Positions 12,752-26,700 of a stretch of DNA of 64,000 nucleotides are shown here, one piece after another. Position 1 is the stretch's first letter, and each line of letters opens with the position of its first letter. Under the pieces are notes generated by a model that saw nothing but the letters and a program-made list of their open reading frames with translations, searched no databases and had not been told where the DNA came from. Source of the DNA: Macrostomum lignano (Eukaryota); contig NIVC01002305.1 of the NCBI GenBank assembly GCA_002269645.1, positions 62,001 through 126,000 of the forward strand, written 5' to 3'. The translations under genes and the position numbers were made by a program.

Positions 12752-13347
12752 AGCCCAATTCTTCAGTTCAGGCTTCACTTTGCTGGGAAATTAATATATT
12801 CCCAGCCCAATCCTTCAGGGCTTCACTACAGTGACTAAATTCCCAGTCCCAATCCTTCAGAGCTTCACTACAGTGACAAAATCCCAGTCCCAATCCTTCA
12901 GAGCTTCACTACAGTGACAAAATCCCAGTCCCAATCCTTCAGAGCTCACTACAGTGACTAAATTCCCAGTCCTAATCCTTCAGAGCTCACTACAGTGACT
13001 AAATTCCCAGTCCCAATCCTTCAGAGCTTCACTACAGTGACTAAATTCCCAGTCCCAATCTTTCAGAACTTCACTACAGTGACTAAATTCCCAGTCCCAA
13101 TCCTTCAGAGCTCACTACAGTGACTAAATTCCCAGTCCCAATCCTTCAGAGCTCACTACAGTGACTAAATTCCCAGTCCCAATCTTTCAGAGCTTCACTA
13201 CAGCGACTAAATTCCCAGTCCCAATCCTTCAAAGCTTCACTACAGTGACTAAATTCCCAGTCCTTCAGGGCTTCACTACAGTGACTAAATTCCCAATCCT
13301 TCAGAGCTCACTACAGTGACTAAATTCCCAGTCCCAATCCTTCAGGG
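12752..13347. repeat. 41-42-bp minisatellite upstream of the H3 gene (probably in a 5'UTR intron)
   Basis: Unit cccagtcccaatccttcagagcttcactacagtgactaaatt, ~14 copies. Confidence 0.95.
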
Positions 13348-13493
13348 CTACCCCCTCTTCCTGAAGTGAATACTCTCAATATTGTCAAGACCAAATAGCA
13401 CCAATCCAATTAAATACTTCACCTGGCCATGCAATCAATTGCATGCTTTAGCGTTGCTTTTTCATCTACCAACCGAGTTAATTAACACAATAA

Positions 13494-13916
<423 letters not shown>

Positions 13917-16900
13917 TTTTTTAACATAAGCTTAATTGTTTTATTATTGACAACTATAAACTATCTCCCGTGTCCCCAAAATTTGACTTTGACGAACTAA
14001 TATAAAAAATCTCAGTTTTGTCTCTGTTTGTGTTTTTATTGTTTCTTTTTAAAAAACAAGGCAATGCTACTTTTTTAGGGTTCCTTTGATTATAACTATT
14101 AATTCGAGTTGATTAATTCTACTCTTTTTGTGTTAATATACTACTACTACTACTACTACTACTAAGTAGGTCTCGTATCTTCTTTTATAATTCTACTATA
14201 TAATCCCAAAATATTCATATCCGTACATTTATATTTCACCCGTCATAGTTTCTGTGTATATACTTCAAATCTTCATATATCGCTCTTAAATTTAATTGCA
14301 ATTTTTTTTAAATAAAAAGCTCTTAATGTAACTTTTTTCTACATCAGTGAAATACTCGTTTAAATCCAGTGATTGTAACACCTGTTTGTATTGTGACGGA
14401 AAATCTATGTATTACTCATTCTTTGTTTAATAATTATCCAGGTAAATGTGAGACTCTAAAACTTGTGAAATCCAATTGTTAAAGTATTGTTTTAGAAGTA
14501 CATAATGCTATTAAAACTTTAATTTTGTGTGTCTCGGCAACATTTGTCAGTTTTGTTTCAAAATCAATCTAATTGGAAATTTGGGCCATCATTATTGTTC
14601 TAGGAAATAAAAAAATAAACGTAACTAATTGGTCGATTCTTCATTGTTGTGGCATTAATTTCTACTGGTTCTTTGTTTTAATTATTATATATATAGATAA
14701 TAGATTCAAAATTTGTCGTTACTGACATGTAAGTATTAGGCTTCTGCAAGAAAAGCATATTTCGGGTTTCCGTCTGTCTTCCCATCCAATGTTAATTAAA
14801 GGTATGCTTATGCTGCATGCATCAATACCTTAACTCTTATCAACCAGAAGTCACGGACGTGGACTGTGAAAGCGACGGGTTTTTCTTGGACAGTTTTCAT
14901 CACATCCTAATTTTCAACTCCTGTCTAGGTATTTTCTCACTTCCTTTCTTTACCATCTGCAGCTGCAATATGCAATCAACATTCTCCGGTTTCTTTCCGT
15001 CTTTTTGGGCCTTCTGAAACGCCCACGGCCATGGGATCTCCCACTAGTGACGTTGCGATTCCCCTTGCCTTTGTACGTATGCCTGCCTCATTTGCACTTT
15101 AATATTGTGTTATGTATACAGCCTCTAGTCATTGCAACTTTAGGAGATGTCGGGGTGAAGGAAGTGCTGCTGGCTGGCCTGCTTTTATTGGACACTATTT
15201 TTGCCTGTATTGGTCGATTGGGGAAGAGGGAGAGATTTTGGCAATTAGCGCGAGCTTTTTGGGGTTCTCTGTGAACTTTCGCTTGCTTACTAGACTGGCT
15301 TGGTCTGTGCTTTGGATTCTTGTTCGACCTTCTAGCGTCCTCGTATGGCCCCACCCCTCGCTTCCACTCTTCCCTCTCCACCCCCAAGGCCTGGGGCACA
15401 CTGGAACCGTCTCCTCCGCACGTCACTATCTCTAGAGAACTGTATTTTAAGTGGCTAATACAACAAGCCAACCCCTCCGTTAGACCAACCACCCCACCTT
15501 CGGTGTACGTACAGTGCTGTGGGACGCTTTCTCACCCCGTCCAATAGGCAAACTAGTTCTACATTATCTGCTAGCTCCCCTCACCCCCTTCAGCCAACCC
15601 CTCCCCTGCCGCGTCTGCTATTGACGCAAACCCCTCCTCTATATAGTCGCGTGTTGGGCCCGGTCCCTCGTTTTTTATTGTATTATTTACTTAATCATTT
15701 TCTTTCTTTGGATCTTTGGAATTTCCACTATCCAGGCAAAATTTCTCTGCTTAAAGTTTTATCCGTTAAAGTACACTAATAAAACATACCCTTAGCTAAT
15801 TAATCGTGTAATTAATTAAAATTCTTTCTTCAACACTTGTGCTTATAAATAGCTTTCAATTATTCAGCGAGACTTCAATAAATCACCAAAGATAATTAGT
15901 AGCGTCCTGTTTTATTCTGTTTCGGTAAGTTGCATAGCGTAGAGACCAGACCTACTTACCTAAATTATTTTAAATTTATGACTACCACTTTTCAGCGATT
16001 TTTAACGTTCTAATGGCATTTAAATATTTTACAAGCTACACATTATACATTTATTACCTGTTATAGAATGTAAATGACTTAAGAATTTGAATTTCCTTGT
16101 AGTTGTATTAGACTCCATTCGTTAGTTATTGTTATTGATTTTAATTAAAGCGTGGAGGTCTAATTTCATTAGTTTATTATCTCTTATCGTTATCAATTAG
16201 CATATAATTTCAGTGTAATTCAATTGACAAGAATCATATCGATTTGATATCAATCAAAGCATGCACAATATATAGCGTTATCATCTTTCTTCGAAACTTT
16301 AGCCTAAGCTATAGCTAGCTACTAAGAGAGAACGCTATTACACACGTGATTTTGATTTTTATATATTCGTGTATGTATGTGGTAGGCTCGGCTGCTTCTC
16401 AGTAAGATTACGCTTTTGCTTCGGTACAGTGTGTGTGAGTGAGTATATTTATTTAAGCATTGCATTGAGTTAGGGTTTAGCTAGTCGCAATGGTCGGTAG
16501 ATAGTGGCTGCTACTATCTCTTATCTTGACAAAGGTTCGCGAAAGCCAAGCGAACGCATAGTTGATCGAATGGAAAGGCCCTTTTGCTTTAGTGACGTTT
16601 GCCGCCCTGTTTCTGCTCGAAGTGACTCTTCTCTGTTTAACTGGAAATATCGAACAGCTTGGCCCCTGTCGTCATAAATAGTTTGCTGTAAACAAGGTTA
16701 AAGCCGCTTTTAATTTTTATCTATCTTTTATATTTCAATTTAGTATTCTGAGCTGGGATTGGAGGCTTGGAGCATTTCAATAACGTCATGTATGCATCTC
16801 TATACTGCTGCACGTTTGTTCATTAAGAAGCAAAATAACCGTCCTTCATCCATCTCTATTTGGTTTTTAATTGACTCTTGTCGTCCTGAATTATTTTTAT

Positions 16901-19728
16901 GATCTTGCGTCTTTTGACGTGGTCTGTTAATTTTGGTTCGCCTTATGTAAATGAAATAGTATAAACGTTAACGTAAGCGTTTCTTCAGTATTTCGCTGTG
17001 AAGTTTATTTTATTCTGTCTAAAACACCTAACCGTTTAGGGTGCTTCAAAATCTAAATTGTATCTATTCATTCCGGGCAGGGCTTTATTATTTGCTTGGT
17101 GGATAAGAAGATAATTGCTGCTCAATTTGCTCATAACTCGTAGAATTGTTGTTCATAGAGTTTTTAGTGAGATAGCTCAGTGTGCGCAGGAAAGACGAAC
17201 AGGCGTCTGTTTTTTGTCTATTATAACTAGTTAGTATCTAAGGCTCTAACTGAAATGGCTATTGTCTTCTTTCAATCTACACATCGAAGGTGTGCTTGTG
17301 AAGAGTGAACCGTTAAAGTTGTTTTTATTAGCTGTGGGTACTGAGTATAACAGAATTTATAGGATTTTGTTTGATTTTCTTTGTTAAAACGGATCAGTGA
17401 AATCATTTTTTTGGTCGTCTTTACCTTAAATAGTAGTTTGAAACATGCTTACTGAATAATGTGTCTTCTTATGCAGGATGGCTGCTTATAGACTCGGTCT
17501 GGAAAGTCTTCAAATTCTAAAATCTTCCAGTACTATTGTTTAGCTCTTAGCGTGCTTGATTTGATAATAAAGTAATACTGATTAGTGCATGGCCCAACTA
17601 CTTTTCCTAAGCCTCACTCACCTCGCTAATTTGTGCTTTTGTTTGCTATAGCAAGGTAGATATTTATATTATTATTACTCTAATTGAACAGCTGAAGCTT
17701 CAGTTTTTCTTTAAGAAACGGACTAACGGCGATACTGCTTGCATTTAGGGTTCTGTATGAAAATAGGCGGTAGACTAGTAGAGTTACAATTGCATATATT
17801 ACTAGATCTTTCAAAACTTCGTCTCTGTCTGTAGCCCTTTGTGCTACTGATCTAAGGAGCTAATGTTCCGCTTGCGTCAACGCTCGAATGATTAACCCTT
17901 TGCGATTATTGCGTCACACATCGCGTCGATAATGATTCGAAGATGATTGTGTAACAGCTGCAAGCAGCTGCACTCATCCTGCTGCCAAGACATGCGCAGC
18001 ATGTACAGTTGTCTCTTACGTAATCGTCAGGAAGAAGCTATTAATGACGTGGTGTGCCGATCTCGGCGCCTATTCCCTATTTTGTTTTTTTAACCAAATA
18101 GCCTCTGTTTCTTCTCGTTTTGCTTGCTGGCTGACTGACTGTGAGGGTGAAAAGCAAGTAGTACGCATCATATGCCAATGCCTGTCTCGCAGTCTATATA
18201 GGTAAACTGTAGCTGCCTTTTATAAGCAGCGCCTAAAGATTTCCCTTGGAATAGTCTAACCTATGCGTCACGTGTTTCTCTCTGCTCTGCTCCCTTTGTT
18301 GCTGCTGTACAGAGGCTGACTAATATGTCTAAGCATAACAGTCGTTAGCCCCATTGCATTTTCACTCCCCAAAGTGGTAGCTCTTTTTTGTCGGCTTAAA
18401 AATTCTGGAAATTGCCCTCCCTCATTTTAAAAAAATGAGAAAGACCGTGTAGACCTTTTCGCCTCACAAATCTAAGTTACTCAGGAATTGACTATCATAG
18501 ATGGGCAGAAATCCATGCAGTGCTTTCGCGTACAGTGTATCTGCTGCATTGCTGCAGCCTGCAGCAGAGGGTTTGCTTCGTTTCTATCCCCCCGTAATAT
18601 CATGTACAGAATGTGCATACCCGTCATTACGCTCACTACTTGTGTTTGTTACTATGTGTGACCGCATTTTTTTCACCTACATTTACTTTCTTCCCTGTTT
18701 ATCTCCCTCCCTCGCTCGACTGCCATGGTCTGCCTTCCAAAAAGTCAATCTTTGCTATTTATAAACTGTTCATAATACTATTCTTTCCACATTCCCATAT
18801 ACGATGCCCTCTCTTTTTCTCTTTGCTTTATTCCACCGTTTCCCGAACTTTTTTCTGTTCTGTCGGCTGGCTGAAAACTGACTAAATATCTGGGTTTTAA
18901 GAGGTGAAAGAACGTGTCAGACAAAATTTGCTAGAAAAAAGTGAAAAGACGCTGTAGCCTGAAACTAGATAGCGAAATGGCATTTTTATCACATTCCTTT
19001 TTGTATAGGGTACACTGCTAGGTCAGTCAGTATATTATAATGATAGCGATAATGTCAATGGCATTCCTCGCGGACGTCATTTTGCCCATTAGCTCATTCT
19101 TGTTCATAATGCACTAACCAATGCAATTGAAAACCATACAGCTCAGAACGATTGACAGGACGCATCGACATCTCACACAGAATGATTTATTTAGCATTAT
19201 AAAATGTACACAGGTACAGTTACAGTCTAAACCGGTCATGAGTTACACATTTTTAGAATTTCCACCTTTGCCCTTTTGTACTGCAGGATAGAATATACAA
19301 TATATACAGTGGATATATCGCGACAGAGCTCAGTTAGTCCGTTAATTACGTTTGTCCTACGTCTGAAACAGTTGCAAATTACTATAGAAGCTGCGGTCGT
19401 ACAAATTGGATTGCTTCTTAACTTGACTAAGCTAGAGAATTCCAGGGTAAGCGCTAGTTCCAGTCGAAAATCCAAAGGTTTTTCTGTTAGTTGATTAGAT
19501 AAAAACGGTATGACTAGATTAGCTAGCTGGTTAGTTAAATTACTTTGTTTTCAATGACACAAACCTGACCCTGATTCCAGTGCAGTACAGTTCACGTGCA
19601 GTAATGTATTTCTCATTTATTAAGTGTTTTTTCCAGCAAATTTCCATGCTAGCAAGGCTTTCAAATTTTGTTGGTGGGTGTGTGCCTTTACAATACTTCG
19701 GTGTAAAAGTCACGTGGTAATTCTGGGA

Positions 19729-20053
19729 CAGGCTGGGCAAACTTTTCTACTTGAAGGGTCAGATAAGTAATCTATTCTAGCTTATGTCTGCGGGCTAGAT
19801 GAGAGAGAAAAGGAATGGGAAGAGGGGAGAGAGAGGAAAAAGATGAAAGAAGAGTTAAGAGGAAGAATAGAGGAGAGATGGGATGGAGAAGAGAGTAGAG
19901 GAAAGAGCAGAGGAGAGGGGGGAGAGAAAAGAGCTGAGAGCTGAGAAGAGACGTGCTTTTAAGCGGGTCGTGTTGGTATTGTTGAGTATTAAAGGACCCG
20001 AGGGCCGGATAAAGAGGCTTCGCGGGCCGGAGTGGAGTTGGCAAACTGTCTAG
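19729..20053 (+). mobile_element. Short hAT-like MITE with an internal GA-rich tract
   Basis: Starts CAGGCTGGGCAAACTTTT. The 3' part aaaggacccgagggccggat..gcgggccgg is typical of hAT/Charlie-like MITEs and resembles 8330-8350. Confidence 0.5.
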
Positions 20054-20734
20054 TCATGTGATGTGACGCAATGTCGCGGTTTAAATTTGTCTAGGAGAAA
20101 GTATATAAAGATCTGTTTTACTGTAAGAGCCTGCAGTTTACTGTATACTTTCATTGGTTAGTGTCACGCTGCTTCACTGACCGCGATACCTCTTCCCACC
20201 AACCAAGCATGCAGTCATATATAGGGCTCTTAGCTAGCAAATGTTCCTCTGTCTTGCTTTCTCTCTTGACCCCTTGGTGACAACTATTCTGTGCCTTTTT
20301 GTAGGCGTTTTGCATATGACTTTTGGTCCATTCACTTCCTTTTTGGTGGACCGCCCTGTGTTTCTTCTGCATTTCTTTTGGTAGCCGCACAAACTGGTTT
20401 GTTGCAGGCATTGCATTGGGTCCCTTTCTCTCTCTTCCTACCCTTTCTGTTTCTACTGGTCATATTTTTTTCACGCGCTTACCCTTCTTTCAGTTAGGAT
20501 AAAATGCTCGTATCACACATATCGCTTTTTTCATAGTGTAATTTATAAGGTATCTTGCGCCTCATTAAAATATATATGTGTATTTCAAATGTTCACAAAA
20601 TGTAATTTCTTGTCTTTTTTACTTTCAGCTTTAGGAGAGAAACAGACTCTCATAATTTAAATTCAGAGCCATCACTTATCAAAGGGAAGACTCGTATACA
20701 GCATATCAAAAACATATTGGTTTCTAAGTTTGTC

Positions 20735-23700
20735 ATGCCGGAATTTAATGGCGACGGCGTCAACGGTCACGACCAAGAGGAGACAGCAACGGTTGCTAAT
20801 GGCAACGGTGTCAATTTGGAATCGGATTCCACCGCGTCTAAATCCGCTTCATTGAAGTCGGCGGCAGCCGCTATTAATGGCCATTCGGCAACTAGCAACG
20901 GCGGCGACTCGGAAACTGCAGTAGCGGTTGCTAAGGACGCCAATGCGAGGATGAGGACTCGGCGTCCAAGGAGAAGGAGTTTCAATTCTCCGTCAGTTTT
21001 GTACCCCAAGCGGAGAGTCGTTTAGCATGCACGTTAGCTCTCAGGAATTGGTGCAAGAGATTCACCAGATCCTGACAGACCGCGAGGACTGCTGTCACAG
21101 AACCTGCTTCAGCCTGAGTCTGGCTGGCAAGCAGTTGGATAACTTTGTTGAACTGAAAAATGTGCCAGAACTCGCTGAGGGTTGCAGCATTCGAATTGTG
21201 GAAGGTAAGCCTATTAATCTCTTTTTTGCAGTTGAGGCGCTTTAATCCTTTTAGATGATATTTCTGAGACTAAATATGACTATTATTAAGGCTGAATACC
21301 TCGTCATCTAATTAGTACTACGCCTGTATTCTTTCGGGTGGGCATTGTATTTTTGCAACTTGCTTTGGCGTGGGCCCCTCGCCAGTCGCCAGCCAAGTGT
21401 TGTGGATGTATGCTCTATATTATCTATATCCATATAATAAAATGGTTTGTCGGAGGTAGGTATGTGTGTGATCGATTTCAGAAAATATCTAACACTATAC
21501 AGCTTAGTTTTTCGCCAAAAATGCGGGTCCCTGTACCGTAGGCGTTGCCGGAGCTTATTGCCTAATAGCCACAGGCACATAATAAATAGCCCATAAACTA
21601 AAAGCCACAGCCACATAATAGCCCATAGCCTGATAGCTACAGCCACATAATAGCTCATAGCCTAATAGTCACAGCCACATAATAGCTCTTGGCCTAATAA
21701 CCACAGCCACATAATAGCCCAAAAACTAATAGTCATAGCCACATAATAGCTCATAGCCTAATAGCCATAGCCACGTAATAGCTCATAGCCTAATAGCCAT
21801 AGCCAGATAATAGCTCATAGCCTGATAGCCACAGCCACATAATAGCTCATAAACAAATGGCCACAGACACAAATAGCCTATAGCCTAATAGCCACAGCAA
21901 CGTAATAGCCCTTTACCTAATAGTCACTTGGCCACATAATAGCCCATAGTCTAATACCCACAGCCAGTCCCAATAGCTGCAAAGGCTGATACTTATAACC
22001 CCCCCCCCCAAAAATCAATCCAACTCTAGAGATGTACAACGTTAAAGAGGCCAAGAGTCACCTGCGCCACATCCAAGACATTCTACGGTCAACCGAACCA
22101 ATCGACGCCTATCTTGGCCGCGAACAGATGTCGCTAAGCTTTGTTAATGCCGTCACTCAGAACTCTTTGTTGTCGCCGCGACCGCCTGGCTCTGTGACCA
22201 GTATTGGCGGCATCGGCGGCGGCAACGGCTCGGATAAGAGTCGTCAGGATAAAAATGGGGGCGGCAACAGTGGCGGCGCCAATTCTTCAGGCGCCAACTC
22301 GTCATCAGGCGGCGGCGCCAATTCCGGCGCCAGCGGTGGGGGTGCCAAATCGCCATTCGAACCTCCAGATTACGCTTTGCCTGGCTCGCACGACCTGCCT
22401 GTAATGCCGCTACATCCGCTGAGTCTCACTGGCAAGCCGCCAATCTGCGTCTCAAATGGCGGACTGTCTTTTAGTCAGTGGCATCCGCCGCCCCCCAATA
22501 GAAAATTGCATGGCGATTTTATCTACGTCTGCTTTCTCTCCCTGGAGGATAAGGTGTGCTTGCGAATTTTTCTTTTCCCCTGCTTAATATTGTCTAAATA
22601 ATGTAAATTCTGTCTAAGATAGCAGCCCTAAAGATCTCTCCTCAACATTCCTAAAGGTTTCCTCTAAACAGCCCTGAAGATTTTCCCTGAACAGCCCTGA
22701 AGATTTCCCCTGAACAGCCCTGAAGATTCCCCTAAACTGCTCCGAAGATTTCCACTTAACAGCCCTGAAAATTTCCCCTAAACAGCCCCAAAGATTCCCC
22801 TGAACAGCCCTGAAGATTTCCTCTGAACAGCCCTGAAGGATACCCCTTTCGGCTCGCCTGTAAAGTGGCTTATAATAAAACTGGAATAATCCCTTCCTTT
22901 ACTAAACCCTCTTTATCGCAGGTGTTCCATATCACGGGCTCGCCGCGCGGTTTCTACCTGAACCGGTGCACAGAGACCGTGTTCGATCCCAGGCCTAGCC
23001 AACCTCTGCTGCTATTCCACTCGCTAGTGGATCTTTGCCGTCATCTGTCCAACGGTTTCAAGCGCAACTGGGATCTACTATTGAAAGTGCGCGCTGCCAA
23101 GCATCCGATTGAGCGCGCGCCGGCTCCCTATCAGGTTTATTCTTGGCTTAGCCCGATACTCGAGCAGACTAGAGACTCGCTGGCTAAAGAGGAATGGGCT
23201 GGCGGCCGGCTTGGATGGGAGGAAGCGCTGCCTGGTGAGTTCCACTGTTTCAGTGCGTCACTGACCGCTTTTTAGGGATTGTTGAACAGGTTCTGGGAAT
23301 TTCTGGGGAAGCCTTAAAAACAGGGAAGTAGCTTCAAACCGACCTCAAGTATGCTTTCATATTCAACGTTAACGCCGTGTGGCTTTGAGATAGAGATTTT
23401 TAGTCTGTTCAAGTTTGCTATATTCCCATCTACATGTAAGAATATGGGATTTTTATTTGTACCCCAAAGTCTATGGGGATATGGGATTTTTATTTGTACC
23501 TGAGTCTATGGGAATATGGGATTTTTATTTGTACCTGAGTCTGGGAATATGGGATTTTTATTTGTACCTGAGTCTATGGGAATATGGGATTTTTATTTGT
23601 ACCTGAGTCTATGGGAATATGAGTTTTTTATTTGTACCTGAGTCTATGGGAATATGGGATTTTTATTTGTACCTGAGTCCATGGGAATATGGGTTTTTTG

Positions 23701-26700
23701 TTTGTACCTGAGTCTATGGGAATATGGGATTTTTATTTGTACCTAAGTCTATGGGAATGTGGGATTTTTATTTGTACCTGAGTCATGGGGAATATGGGTT
23801 TTTTATTTGTACCTGAGTCTATGGGAATATGGGATTTTTATTTGTACCTTTTTTGTACCTGAGTCTATGGGAATATGGGATTTTTATTTGTACCTGAGTC
23901 CATGGGAATATGAGCAAGCAATTATTTACAAGCAATGAAAACCGTGAGGATTCCTGGAAAGAGGGTAAATTTCGCATTCCTACTTGGTTAGCGGTAAGGC
24001 CAGGTTTATCACTGTCCCATCTGGCAAATTTGTTATTTGCTTGCTTTCATTTCAAAAATCAGTCCCCAGGTGTTTGCGGGCTTTCTCCAGCTCTGTAGCA
24101 ACTTAATCACATTTTTGTTGCATATATCTCTTAGTGCAATTTTGGAGAGAAATAAAGATTCTAATTTGTTCGCTTTCCCTCTCTTGAGACGCGGGCAGTA
24201 GAAAGAAAAATATAATTATTCTTCTGGGAAGCTCTGCTTTCTCGGACTTAAGATGTTTATCTTGATGCGAAATTATTTTAGTTAGATGAGCCTTTGTATA
24301 CTGTTTCTCATATACAATACAATATAGGGCTGAACTATATAATCCTCGCTTAGTGTGGACACTGGGCACTTTTTCTTTTTCTGCTGAAAATCTGCTGTGA
24401 AATACGAAATATCTAAAAATAGATATTAATTAAGCCTGATTGCGGATATTTCTTGTTCTTATTCGTACGAGCGTGCTTTTATTAATTAGAATAATATATC
24501 AATTTTCTTAATAGAAAAATAATTACATTTCACCGTATTTCTACTGAATTAGTAGCAAGTAGCAAATCAATCGTTTTATTGATTTATCAACAGGGCAAAC
24601 TCGCGAATGGAACGAAGAGCTGCAGTGCACAAAAGAGTTGCCAGCTAAACTACTGGCTAATCGAGTTATTCGCGAACGGGCCAGCTTTAAAGCTAACTCG
24701 GATTTAGTTGCCGCTGCTTCTCGGGCCGCCGTTGCTGTGCTTGACGGTCACGTGCCCGCCATTAATCCCGTTGATCCGCCTACTCAGCGAATGTACATCT
24801 GGAACAACCTGTTCCTCAGCTTAGGCTACGATGTGAAAGGACATTACGCCGATATTGGCGGCGATTCCGCTGCTCTTGCTGCCACCTCCGCCGATTTGCG
24901 AGGCGTTCGAGCGGTGCGCAATCTTGATCACAATCAGCTGCACTGCCTTGGCACCGTGCTAGTTGATTATCGCGGAGTTCGCGTCACCGTGCAGAGCATT
25001 GTACCCGGATTGTTGGACAAAGATCAGGAGCAGGCGGTTATTCACGGCTCCGTTGATTTTGGAAAAACTATAGTTACGGATGAGAAGTGAGTTAGTCGGC
25101 CACTTTTTACACTCCCTTTCTCCCTCAGGTGTAAGAGTGCCTTTTTCAACGAGGTGTGATTGCCCTTCTCCCCACAGGCGTAAGAGTGCCCTTCCCCAGG
25201 TGTAAGAGTGCCCTTCTCCCCCAGGCCAGGTGTAAGAGTGCCCTTCTCCTCCAGGTGTAAGAGTGCCCTTCTCCTCCAGGTGTAAGAGTGCCCTTCTCCC
25301 CCAGGTGTAAGAGTGCCCTTCTCCCCCAGGTGTAAGAGTGCCCTTCTCCCCCAGGTGTAAGAGTGCCTTTTTCATCCAGGTGTAAGAGTGCCCTTCTCCC
25401 CCAGGTGTAAGAGTGCTATTCTCCCCACAGGTGTAAAAGTGCCCTTCCCCAGGTGTAAGAGTGCCCTTCTCCCCCAGGTGTAAGAGTGCCCTTCTCCCCC
25501 AGGTGTAAGAGTGCCTTTTTCATCCAGGTGTAAGAGTGCCCTTCTCCCCCAAGTGTAAGAGTGCCCTTCTCCCCCAGGTGTAAGAGTGCCTTTTTCATCC
25601 AGGTGTAAGAGTGCCCTTCTCCCCCAAGTGTAAGAGTGCGGGTGCCCTTCCATTCCAGGTGTAAGAGTGCCCTTCTCATCCAGGTGTAAGAGTGCCCTTC
25701 CCCATGTGTAAGAGTGCCCTTCTCCCCCAAGTGTAAGAGTGCCCTTCTCATCCAGGTGTGAGAGTGCCCTTCTCATCCAAGTGTAAGAGTGCCCTTTTCA
25801 TCCAGGCATAATCGAGTGGTAATCTTCACAGTTGGACACAGTTGGATATAACAGCGTTAACCTTTTTCATCCCCTTGAAATTGTCATCCGGCAGGTTCAG
25901 CGAGCTGCTGCAGTCCCTGCACCGGGTCCTGATGTCCAAGCCGCACTCGGTCCTGGACGAGTCCGACAAGCCGCGCTTATTCCACACCAGTGTCGAGTGC
26001 AAAGGCATCCGCGGCTCCGACGGTCGCCTGTACTTTCTCGACCTGTTGCGCCTGTTTCCGCCAGACGTCGCTTTCCTGGCCGATTCCAAAGATTTGCCGT
26101 TGACGCCAAGCAATGAGGAGCTGCGTCTGCCAGCCCCGTTTCCGCTACAGCATCCGCACAGGCTGGCCACCCTACGGCCCGAGTTGTTGCAGGCTTTCGC
26201 TGAAGCCAGGGGACAATTGCCGCTATTTAATACTGACGTCACTTTGACTAGGTAGGATTTTATTGTCTGAATCATATCTTATGTACTTTACCGTAGTCTT
26301 CGGCGAAATGTTTATGAGCCAACCTTCCTAAATGCAGGCCACCGATATACAACCACCTTTGTTTACTCTCTTCCCCAATGTACAAGTTTAGAAAGAAACC
26401 CCTTGCTACAATGTACACAGGCTCTGAGCCAACCTCTACCCCCAATGTACACAGGCTCTTAACCAACTTCTACCCCTAATGTTCACAGGCTGAGAACAAA
26501 CCTCTACCCCCAATGTACACAGGCTCTTAACCAACCTTTAATGTACACAGGCTGCGAACAAGCCTCTACCCCCAATGTACGCATTCTCCAAACAAACACT
26601 CGTGGTTATGCACGCTCTCACACTAACAATGCGCACACATAACCAATTTCACAACTCTCATTCCAGACTCTCAGTCCGTTTCTCATCGGACTACTCAAGC

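Noticed and set aside
14750-15660. GC-elevated block with several 66-134-aa ORFs on both strands and an Arg-rich frame
   Set aside because: No recognisable domain or splice pattern; could be an unknown TE but cannot be supported.
17870-18275. TGCGTCA / CACGTG motifs in a CpG-rich stretch as the CLUH promoter
   Set aside because: TSS unknown and the short motifs are expected by chance.
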